Source: Lepidodermella squamata
Lineage: Eukaryota; Animalia; Gastrotricha
NCBI GenBank assembly: GCA_047495785.1
Contig: JBLDXI010000073.1
Location: 372,001 to 436,000, forward strand
Direction of reading: 5' to 3'
Length of the DNA stretch: 64,000 bases
A program made the position numbers and the translations under genes. Positions 10,289 to 20,350 of this stretch are shown here, piece by piece (positions within the stretch are counted from its first letter, which is position 1; each line of letters opens with the position of its first letter). Below the pieces are notes generated by a model, which searched no databases, had not been told where the DNA came from, and saw only the letters and a program-made list of their open reading frames with translations.

Positions 10289-12802
10289 ATGGCGTTTTCA
10301 CTTTTACCACTAATTTTTGTGTTCTCTGTTTTCGTGGCAAATTTGCCGCTGAACCTCTACTCATCCTCGGAGTCCGAATCCGATGATGGCGAATCTGATG
10401 GCGAATCAGAAGATCGCAGCGAAGGAACCAGCGAGGAAGATGCGGATGAGCATCCTGCTGTCAAGAGAACGTATGAATATGATCAGCATGTTCGACCGTC
10501 AGCTCCACCGGGTGGACTACAGCAGTCACTTGATTGGCTTCGCCGATACGACCCTTACATCAACTGGACCAAAACTCGGGTGAGCAATGGGCGAGGGCAG
10601 GTGTATGGCAAATGCAAATTTCATAAGAAGAAAGGCTACGAGCACTGCCCTGTTCGATGCACGTTGCATGTCAACAACAACGACTGTAACGCCGAGTTCA
10701 GTGGAACGCACAATCACAAGGAGGTTGATCGTCGAATAACACCTCAGCTGATCGCTTACGTCAAGAATTCGGACCCGAACACTCGACCGAAGAAGCTTCG
10801 AACGATGATACGCGATGCAGGGCTTGGGGATTTCACAGGGCGAGTAGGTTTGAAGTCACTCCGAAACTTGAAGTACCGGATAAGGCGGGAGGAGCGAATC
10901 GAAGCCTTAATGCGAACAGGTCTTTCACGCGAAGAAGCCATTCTGAGCGGACCGATGGGCACAGTGGAGTTGCAAAACTGGTGCGATGCGAGAATGGAAG
11001 AGCCTGAAGATGAAGACCAGCCGTTCGTTGTTAGCTATCGAATCAACACGAAACCGACATTTTTCTCAGGTACGATGAAAACATCCGACAAACGTCTTTT
11101 TTATCCGACATTCTCTTTTCAGTCTGTTTGTCAACTCCTCGACTTCTACGGAACCTCGACAATTCTAAGGGCTTCTTGCAAGTCGATGCCACGCACAAGC
11201 TCATCCGACAGCCTGACAGAGCCAAGGTTCTTGTCGCTGCAACTTCCGATCGCGATCGCCGATGTCACCCGGTAATGGTGTCGGTTTCCTCCAACGAGAA
11301 TCAGCAAGCGTACGATGAGCTTTTTTCTGGTATGCTATTCCATCCGACAAACGTCTTTTTTATCCGACATGGTCATTTTATAGGAATAAAGATCGCTCGA
11401 CCTGAGTTCTATCCCAGCCATGTCATGGCCGATGGCGCTGACTACATAACGAACGCAATCGCCAAGGCCTGGAAGAAGGCGAAGAGGTCAATGTGCTGGT
11501 ACCACGTGTCGGCTAATGTCAAGAAGCACATTCACAAGTCTGAGAAGGAAATCAAGCAAAAGGTAATGTGTCCGAAAAATGACTTTTTTATCCGACATTC
11601 TATCGTATTTATTCCAGATAAGAAGTGACATCTCGCTGCTTCAACTTGCTCGGGACTCGGAGGAGTTCGACAACCTTCGACAGCTTTTCGTCGACAAATG
11701 GCGTGACAACGCGAAGACAAGAAGCTTTGTCGAATATTTCGAAAAACAGTGGTTGACCTCCGACGTTCAAGGCTGGTACGAGGGATTTTCGAGTTCACAA
11801 ATCGGGAGAAGGTGCTTCTTCGGAACTTTCTTACTCTTACAGCGTACGAAATGCTCCAGAGTTGGTCCCGCTACGATGACGCCTGGGCTGAAGTTGCGAC
11901 AGTTTCGAAACAGTTGAAAACGCAAGCTTGGCAGTTTTTAGCTTCTGATCAACCCAAGATTTTGCCGGCAAGTGATCAAGTCTACTGCTACGTCATCTCA
12001 ACAGGAAACGCTGATCCCGCATTGATTAGGGCGCTCAACTACTCTCAGTATCAGTCTCTCGGACAGTTTTCTGAAGCTTTGAATTCGGCGTGGTTTCTGG
12101 AGGCGAGGCCTGGCCGGGAAACGACATGCTCTTGCCGAGTCGGAGTTAAGAAGATTCCCTGCGTTCACGCGATCGCTTTGCGCCACAGCCTGAAAATCGA
12201 TCGGATTCCTCCTGAACTGCGATCTCTGCCGCTGGCTGCTCCGAGTAAATCGTCACGTGGTCGAAATGCGAAGGTTGGAACGGCGCTTCAGGTCGATGAG
12301 ACAACTGAGCTTGAGGGCGAAGTTCAGCGAATGAGCATCTCACCTGTCGAATTGCAAGGTGGATATCGAGGAGCCAACGCCGTCGCCTGACTTTCCGTCG
12401 CCAGTTCGCCGTGGTCGCCGTGCTGCTACTGCTGCTGCTTCCGCATCGGAGTCTGAAGAATCGATGGTCGAGGAAGATTACGTCGTTAGTCGAGGTTCTG
12501 GTACTCGAGGTGGCCGAGGATCTCGTGGCTCTCGCGGTATTCGAGGTTCTCGAGGTTCTCGAGGTTCTCGAGGTTCTCGAGGTTCTCGAGGTAGTGGTCC
12601 AGGTTCTAGCGTTGGACGTGGCTTCGGGTCTCGTGGCGGTCGTGGCTCTAGTGGTGGGCGCGGGTCTCGTGTTGGCCGTGGAACTCGTGGAGGCCGAGGT
12701 GGCCGTGGCTCTGCCGGTGCAACTGGCGGTCGTGCTGTTGGCTCGGTCGATGTTGCCGCTCAGCGGCACACGAGAAGCAACACTCGACTGAACACAGCTT
12801 AA
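10289..12802 (+). pseudogene. MULE transposase; introns 11070-11122, 11330-11383, 11563-11617; frameshifts near 11790 and 12358
   Basis: N-terminal C..C..HxH WRKY/FAR1-type finger, DATHK (D1), MADGA (D2), CWYH, SWIM finger CSC..C.H, and an RG-rich tail. The TNN..E motif is missing after GWYEGF. Confidence 0.88.
12505..12600 (+). repeat. 9-bp tandem repeat (CGAGGTTCT)n encoding (RGS)n
   Basis: Directly visible; lies in ORF 12359-12802. Confidence 0.9.
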
Positions 12803-13057
12803 TCACGTGACTGTTAATTTTCTTGAATAGCGTTGTCGGATAAATAAAGTCACTTTTCTCTTGAATACATACGTGTCGGATGTTTTTAGTCACATTTTTG
12901 GTTGTCGGATGAAATAAGACATTGGTCGGATAAAAAAAGTTTTCCCCCAAGGAAATGGGGATAGTTTCAATAATATGAATATATTCATGAGATGTCATGA
13001 AACTAGGACATTCTTAGATAAGAGCCAAAAATTGCAGAAAAATTTGAGCAATTAGAG

Positions 13058-13512
13058 CAGCGCTTCTCAAACGGTGGGTCGCGACCCCCGCGGGGGTCGC
13101 GGGCCCTTTTTTCGTGGGTCGCCGAGTCAGCCGGAGGTCGCGGGGGTCGCCTGTTGCTTTTCATAAAACTTGAATATTGCAAAAAATTTGGTTCATTTTT
13201 AGTCACTCTTCCAGAGAAAATCTTTAAAAATAGCGTTAGCTAAAGCTCGCTTCGCTCGCATCCAATTTTATTTGACTAAAAACCGTCTGAAATTGCTGTT
13301 GAGAGCCGAGTTCATGTATATTTCGATGAAATTATGTGAAAAAATGCTGTACATTGGGTGATATTTTATTGCTTGGACCCAAAATGCTTGAAGTTTTGAG
13401 CATATTTTCCCACACTGAAAAATTGAAAAAATGCAAAAAATCGCTGGGGGTCGCAGCCTGGTAAAGCATTTTGATTTTGGGGTCGCTAGGTGTGCGGTGT
13501 TGAGAAGCCCTG
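13058..13512. mobile_element. Non-autonomous hAT (Charlie-like) MITE
   Basis: TIR CAG(C/G)GCTTCTCAA; perfect 8-bp TSD AATTAGAG; GGGTCGC sub-terminal repeats. Confidence 0.92.
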
Positions 13513-14140
13513 AATTAGAGTAAGGTTATAACAAATCAAAAATAATTTGTCCATAATTTTTCTGACATAATTATCAACTTTGAGGGCTTCGGAATATTAA
13601 TTAGCACCATATGAATATTCATATTTTTAAAACTATTAAAACTTCTTGGTGTGTCCGAGTTACACTTTTTGTTTTTAGCTGAGCTTAACCCAAGCTTGGA
13701 GCTAAAAATAGTTCGGGCGCGTGTGAGATATTTTTAGTTTCAACTCAACAAATTCCTGACCGTGCGTAACTTTTGATTTTCACTGTATATTTCGATAGCG
13801 TAGCCTATTCTGGTAAAGAAAATATTTTTTCTGGAATTTTCCGATCAAATTGTAACAATATTTTCCTCCCCGACTTATCGACAAATTTCGATCTTCGTGA
13901 TTTTGTGACCTCTTTGCGAATATCTAGGTGGCCTTGCAAAGGTCCTAGGAAGTCGAGCCTGGTCTCGTTTGAAAGAGCGGAAAAAGTTGTTCCAGGGCAC
14001 TAATTACCAATAATTTACAAAAATGACGTTTTCAAAAAATCGATTAAAAAATGGGTCGATTTTACATGCATTTAGCTAGGCGCACATGGCTCAAATAAAA
14101 CGCATAAAAATGTGGCTTTGCACATGGTGACCTTTGCACC

Positions 14141-15714
14141 CTAAAATTTTGACACTATGGTAAGCTTCCGATCTTTATTATTATCTATGCCACTTACCAT
14201 CTGTGCAACTTTTGGATCCAACAACTCTGTGAAACTGATCTCATGCGCATTGTTCAGGAGTAGCGGAGAATTGGGATCATTCAAAGAGTTGAGTAGATCT
14301 AGCGGCGGCATACGCCTCGAACTATCTTTCACCAAAAATGCCAAAATAATGTCTCGGAACGCGGACGAATAGCCACGCGAATCATCAAATGGTATTCGAA
14401 TGTTTCTGAAAATGTGTTGTCGTGATTCTCCTGAGATTTTCAGGTATAGAACTTACAGCATGATATCCAGGGCATTCTCAAACTGGGAAGAAGCCACGTG
14501 GTAAAAAAGTAAAAGACTTGGAAATAAAGCTAACAGGCCTGTAAAAATTGGCTAGCTCGAACAAAGTTACACCCAAAGACCACCAATCGCTTTCGTTCGA
14601 GTGCTCATTTTTGCCAAATAATTCAGGCGCCATGTACAGCTCGGTACCAAGCCTGAAGTTGTACGCTGTCCTTTGGATACTGTTCGAAGAGCTTGAAGAG
14701 TTGTTGACACATTGCGGAACAGTTATTGTAATGAATCGATTCGTCAGTTTTTACCTATCATAAATCTTCGTCAGACCGAAATCGCCGAGTTTTACTTTAC
14801 AATTGTGCAGGAAAATATTCTTCGGTTTGATGTCGCGATGGAGCGCTCGCCTCTCATGCAGAGCAGCCAGAGCCGAAGCAAGTTGTAGCGACCATTCTAA
14901 TAGCAAAACTTGAGGAATGGGACGACCATTTGCTTTCTTCATGTAGTCATCCAAGTCTCCACCCGAACAGTATTCCATGACAAGGTAATACACCAGAGAT
15001 CCAGATGTTTCTCTCTCTGTGGCAAGAGAAGGAAGCATAATGTTGAAAAGGAAGCGCAGCTCGTCAAACGTCAATTTGAGGAATTGTCCGGTTAAATAAT
15101 GGAGTAAGATGTTTTTGTTAAGAAAGAATAGAAACGAAATTCCATATTTTTTCACTACGCTTTCAAGAGATGAAATGGCTTATGGGTGAAAGAGACTGGG
15201 TTGAACTTGAACTTGTGTACTTGAATCCCACAGCCAGTAAAAATCCCAAGAACTGACATTTTCATCAAATTTCACGCATTTCCGAACAAGACCAAGCACA
15301 ATTGAATTTTTTTGCCGCGTTGTTCGGCAATGTTCGTGCCGATAAGGCTTAAATTTAGTTCGCCTAAAGTGGGTGGACATAACATACCTGCGAAAGCTCC
15401 AAAAACATAAACAACATTTGGATGTGACAATTTGTTTAATTTCTCATGCTGCAGAAGCAAAAGCTGCAAAAGAGGTCGCAACTAGGTGAAATCGTTACCT
15501 CTTCCTTGCTCAAATTCACCAGCCTTCCTGCGAAAGTTGGTTCCGCGGCAAATATTTCACGAATTCGCGTGAGGTTTACTGCCTTGACAGCGTAATGCGC
15601 TACGTCGTTACTCCGCCGGCATAGCATCGTGGAGCCGAAGTAACCACTTCCCAATGACTTCTCGATTTTGAAGTCCTGCATTGAATAATACGTATTTTCC
15701 ACACCTGCAGCCAT
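14141..15714 (-). CDS. NEK-like Ser/Thr protein kinase, ~6 exons (15714-15499, 15448-15388, 15016-14755, ~14690-14538, ~14482-14456, ~14405-14141)
   Basis: Motifs GSGYFG, AVK, MEYCSGGDL, HRDIKPKNIFL, KLGDFG, GT..YMAPE and SDWWSLG lie across GT-AG introns. The 3' exon borders are approximate. Confidence 0.85.
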
Positions 15715-17158
15715 GATTGCCCCTCGTTGAACAAAATGAATTCAACATACAGTATGCATTAGGCGAAAAGCAAGTAACACATTAAGCTGAAAAAAACGAT
15801 GACTATATGTTATATTCTATAGGTATATGGCATTAATATATGAATTAATTGTTTAATATGAAGGCAAGTACTTGTACACGTAAGAAAATGAACGAACAAC
15901 AACAATGTATTTTTTGGCGAAACATTTACTTCAGACCGGATATAAACGCTGCAGTACAATTGACGCCAGTTAAAGGGTGAGAAGTTCGATTTACTGAAAT
16001 ATTCAGACATAAGGTAATGATGGGCCATCAAGGGTCACAGGTAGCGAGGACCCTATTCAAATGTTTGGCGAAAACATCGACAATTTAGGATGGATTTTTC
16101 TACAGAGAATTGTTCGCCGGATTTTATCATAAAATTCAAGCACGCGGTTCCGAACGATGAATTTTCAGTCGTCGAAATACAGAAATGTTGACATTTTTCA
16201 TTCGCAATTTTCTCCCTACTATGGCTTGTTTGAATGAGTTCACATCGGCATTAAGCTTTTCAATGGAGCTTTTTGCAACCAAATTTTTTTCAAGATGATC
16301 CCAGATTGTCCAGAATTTGAAAGTCATAATTGGACCGGCCTTGTTTGCTTGGTTCTCTATGCACTTCGTTCTCTATGCAGTGGGGTATCCTATTTACATC
16401 CCATGCTAAATGATAGAATTTATCTTTAAAACTGACGTACTGTGGCGCGGTCCTTTTTCTGACGGGTAATTTCGAGGTATGTCCTTTGTTATTTAAGCTT
16501 GTTACCAATTTTACATGACGACATGATCAATTGAAATTTTTATAACTGAGAACTAAAATTCCAAAGTGAATTTCTGAATTTCTGTTCGGCTGCATCGCAA
16601 TCCTAAGCAATACTGCAGGTTTCATTCACGTGCTGAATCTAATTCAAAGTTCTAGGTATACGAACAATCGCATCGTATGCTTTCAACGGTTGAACCTGTT
16701 TTTTCAAGTTGCGTGATGTCCTAGTCCGTTATTTCTCTTCAAGCCCTCACGGCGGCAGATCGATGAGTTGCTATCGAAAAATGTGCGACGGAAATGTGAA
16801 ACACTCATCTCCTGCACTCACGAGTGTAAATGGATTCCGAAATTTGAAAATCATCATACGGGGACCGGGGCCGTGATTCCGGGGAGTTCGAACATTACCG
16901 GCGTCCAGCTGGGTTAAAGCTCGTTTGCAATAAATAGTACACGCGAAGATAGTTGACACTTGCGTTGGTTGAACATCGGACAGTTTCCTCCCAAAACACT
17001 TAAACACCCCACCCTACAAAGGCCCCACCCTGAAGCTCTCAGAATTCCATCCTGTAATATTTGCAAAAATAACTCTGTAGGCGTTAGATCTTCCGAACTC
17101 TGTGAGATCACAGGAATTAATAGAAAAATACAAACATTACTATTACCTTTTATTCAAA

Positions 17159-19498
17159 ATGGATCGTATTTTGTTCGCAATTCTTCTCCTGCCGTTCGTA
17201 GGGATTTGCGCTAAACCAACTTTGCGGATTCTGAACCTTATGCCCTTCACTGGGCTCCAACCTAATGAATACAAAACATGCCGAGCTGTAACTGAACTCG
17301 TTTATCAAATTGCTAATGAGCGTAAAGACATTTTACCAAACTATAAGCTGGAACCTCAATTCTCAGACGATAGCGCTGGAGCTTCAGCAGCCAGGCGACT
17401 CCTCGAATTTGACGATCAGTTTGTAAATGGTAGGATTCCTGGTCAAGATATCTACAAAGCTCCCGTGATCTCCGGGTCTTACGTCTCTTGTGAGCTGATT
17501 GCAGCGCATGTCCATATCCTCGACTACGTCCAAATCGCTGCTTGCACGAGTGAAATGCTCTACAACCGCGCTAAATTCCCGAATATATACTTGATAAGGC
17601 CACTCGCGTCGCAATCGTTTCTCGCCAGACTAAGATTCATGGTCGATGTTGGGAAATGGAAGTATTATGCAATCTTCGCGAATTCCAACTCTGAATTCAT
17701 TAATGCGAAATTTCTCCACACAACCGGGTCGAAATTGGGCCACGAAATGTATCTCGACGTAATGACAGACTTCGATGACCAGGCAGCTGCAGTGTTGAAA
17801 AAAGTTGATATTCGCGTCATTGTCCTCGCTTATAGCACGAATAGTATGATTTTGAAGTTTCTTTGTCAGTTTTACGAAAATGGCATAACTGGCTATCGGT
17901 ATGTCTTTATTCTGCCTGGAAGCACTTTCGCAGAACCGAACACACTACCGAAAATCATCAGCCCAGGATGTACGAGAGATATTATTGGAATTCAATTCCA
18001 ATCTTCAGTCTGGGTCTCCTCTCAGGTCATTACTGACGAGGTAAATGTTAAATCCACTCTGGGATACAGCTTGATGGAAACAGATCTGTTACTCGATAAC
18101 TACACCAACAAAATGAGACACCCTGATTACGGAACTCGCAATTTGTGCCATGATATAGCCCTTCAAACCATCCTGTTGCTTAACGAAACCGAGGCAAGAT
18201 TGAAGCAAGAAGGATTGTCCTTACTCAATGTTACCCAGCTGCCACGTTACATTGCAAAAATAACGAATGAAACCTCTCCAACACTTACTTACATGGGTCT
18301 TAGAAAAAGTGGGCTTAGTATCTATAACGAAAGAGCGGAGATAACGGGGAATAAGTGGCCTGTTTTCCGATGGAGCTCAAAGGAAGGCCAAATGACTGTG
18401 GCTATGATTGTTCAAAAATCTTCGGGAAGCAGCGGCGAAGTTTCCTCATATCAAACTCAACAAGTTACGGAAATCAAATGGCCTACACCTAGTGGCGAGC
18501 CACCGAAAGAACGGGCGTTGGTGAAGTTCGAATCGAAAGAAGTCCCACTCGCTCTGAGGATCATACTGTACCTTGTATCAACGATTTCAATGGTTTCAAA
18601 TTTCGTAGCAATAGGTGATATCTTGAAAACTAAAAATGATCTCCGAATGCCGGCATCCTCAACCTTTATATTCGCAGCATTGTCACTTACCGACATCGCA
18701 TCTATTATCTTCATGATAGAGATCGGCTTGGCAAGTGCCTATTCCCATCATTTAGCGAGATTTTTTCTAATCTCAATTGGGTTCAGTGCTTTAAATGGGA
18801 CGATAGTTACCAGGGTCTTTTTCCTGTATAAGGAAGTAAGTAAGTTGGTCTTTAATGAAAGGTGCAAATCTACGGATTTGCGCGAGACATTCCATTCAAA
18901 CGTCAAAAGTCAAAATGGCTACCTGAAACCAACTAAATATTCAGCTATTTTGAAGTCTTCTAAAAGCGATATTTCCGTCGTCAATGATTTAACCCGTCAA
19001 AATTTTCGAAAAATCGACCGGTTAAGTTTGTTAGCTGGCTTTATTGCCATTGCTGTGAGTTTGGTTTTCATGTTCATATGGGCTTCTGTTGACACAATTA
19101 CATGCGAAAAGGTCGCGCTGCACCGAGACCCAATCTATTTTCAAAAGGATGACATATTGTTGTTTGAATATGCTTTGAAATGCTCGTCGAACCATCAAAG
19201 CATTTGGATGGCCGTTATTCTTGCAGCTAACCTCCTAGCGCTGGTTTTAGGCTGTTACTTTGCAAGATATCTCTGTCGAACTGCTAGTTTCATAAAACAT
19301 CATCCTGACAGCAAGTTCGTTTTGATGACAATGCTGAATTTCATCGCGATTTCTATCGCAACATGTCTTATTCTCATCGCGGTTCCGGAATCTCCCATCA
19401 CTGAGCGAATTGTTTTAACCGTGGCAACTGCCGTAGTATCGATCTCGTCGACGGCAATGTTATACTTTCCTCATTGGAAAACTAAGCCGCTAGGCTAA
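17159..19498 (+). CDS. GABA-B-like class C GPCR copy 2, intronless
   Basis: Signal peptide, Venus-flytrap-like ectodomain (NRAKFPN..LIRP, DIRVIV, GITGYRYVFILPG), seven hydrophobic helices ending in LYFP. Confidence 0.92.
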   Translation: MDRILFAILLLPFVGICAKPTLRILNLMPFTGLQPNEYKTCRAVTELVYQIANERKDILPNYKLEPQFSDDSAGASAARRLLEFDDQFVNGRIPGQDIYKAPVISGSYVSCELIAAHVHILDYVQIAACTSEMLYNRAKFPNIYLIRPLASQSFLARLRFMVDVGKWKYYAIFANSNSEFINAKFLHTTGSKLGHEMYLDVMTDFDDQAAAVLKKVDIRVIVLAYSTNSMILKFLCQFYENGITGYRYVFILPGSTFAEPNTLPKIISPGCTRDIIGIQFQSSVWVSSQVITDEVNVKSTLGYSLMETDLLLDNYTNKMRHPDYGTRNLCHDIALQTILLLNETEARLKQEGLSLLNVTQLPRYIAKITNETSPTLTYMGLRKSGLSIYNERAEITGNKWPVFRWSSKEGQMTVAMIVQKSSGSSGEVSSYQTQQVTEIKWPTPSGEPPKERALVKFESKEVPLALRIILYLVSTISMVSNFVAIGDILKTKNDLRMPASSTFIFAALSLTDIASIIFMIEIGLASAYSHHLARFFLISIGFSALNGTIVTRVFFLYKEVSKLVFNERCKSTDLRETFHSNVKSQNGYLKPTKYSAILKSSKSDISVVNDLTRQNFRKIDRLSLLAGFIAIAVSLVFMFIWASVDTITCEKVALHRDPIYFQKDDILLFEYALKCSSNHQSIWMAVILAANLLALVLGCYFARYLCRTASFIKHHPDSKFVLMTMLNFIAISIATCLILIAVPESPITERIVLTVATAVVSISSTAMLYFPHWKTKPLG

Positions 19499-19796
19499 AT
19501 TAATAGCGAAATCTGTGTCGATCATCATGGACCTGTATATGATTTTAATTGACCTCTCATTATAATTACATTAGGATTAGGTTTGCTAAATTATTTTGAT
19601 TATGATATCTATCTTGAGTTGTTGGTCCACAGTGTATTTTTGTGGAGCTTTTATGCTGTTTAAAGAAATTGGTTTCTCATTATTAGTTTAATTTATTCCT
19701 TTAATTCAATAGACCAGTAAATTGACCGTTTCAACGAATTTGAGGTTTCGAACACCTTTCAACAAATTTGCAGCATACTTCAGTCATTCATTGTTC

Positions 19797-20350
19797 TTAG
19801 TCCACCTTAATTAATTCGTCGAAGGATGAGCTTGGCGAAACTATGCGAATATGGGAAGAAATCTCTGACCCCGAAGATCCTTTCGGCGTATGGTTTACTT
19901 GCAAAGCTGTCAAGCCTCTTTCGTCCCGAGTCCGTTTGCTGTGCTGGTAGACGTGCTTGCTGAGCTGAGTAGGATTGTCGAATCGCTGTGAACAGGCAAA
20001 GCATGAAGCGGCGAATTTATCGGGATGGCGCTTTCCAACGTGGTAGCGAAAGCCGTTGAGGGAAGTATACAGCCTTCGATTAGAACAATACTCGCAGACT
20101 AATCCTACTTTTCGCTGCTCTCCATTCATCACATTACCAAAATTTGGGTAAGAAGAGTCAAGAAAATGTTTGACCTAGAGAAAGACAGGTTGCAGACAAA
20201 CATCGAAATTCAAAAAATCAATTTTACCAATAGTGAGAAGGGGAGTCCTCGTAGCCGGAATTTAGTGGGATTTCCGCGGTTGGATGGAAAGCTGAAAGTC
20301 TGGTTGAGTTTAGTACGGCAAGGTTTTGCTTTCGTGACGGGAGAGCCCAT
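19797..20350 (-). CDS. Small C2H2 zinc-finger protein (two fingers); putative intron 20175-20227
   Basis: Fingers CEYC..H....H and CFAC..F..L..H...H. A phase-0 splice links to an open frame from ATG 20350; the true start is uncertain. Confidence 0.65.

Larger units (their letters stand above)
10067..12946 (+). mobile_element. Mutator-like element (MULE), both ends intact, defective transposase
   Basis: 9-bp TSD CCAAGGAAA (10058-10066, 12947-12955). TIRs start with GGG and are built of ATCCGAC sub-repeats. Encloses a transposase gene. Confidence 0.93.

Noticed and set aside
12146-12791. Overlapping ORFs (T/S/R-rich minus-strand ORF; VLEVLE plus-strand ORF)
   Set aside because: Shadow frames of the stop-free 9-bp RGS repeat.
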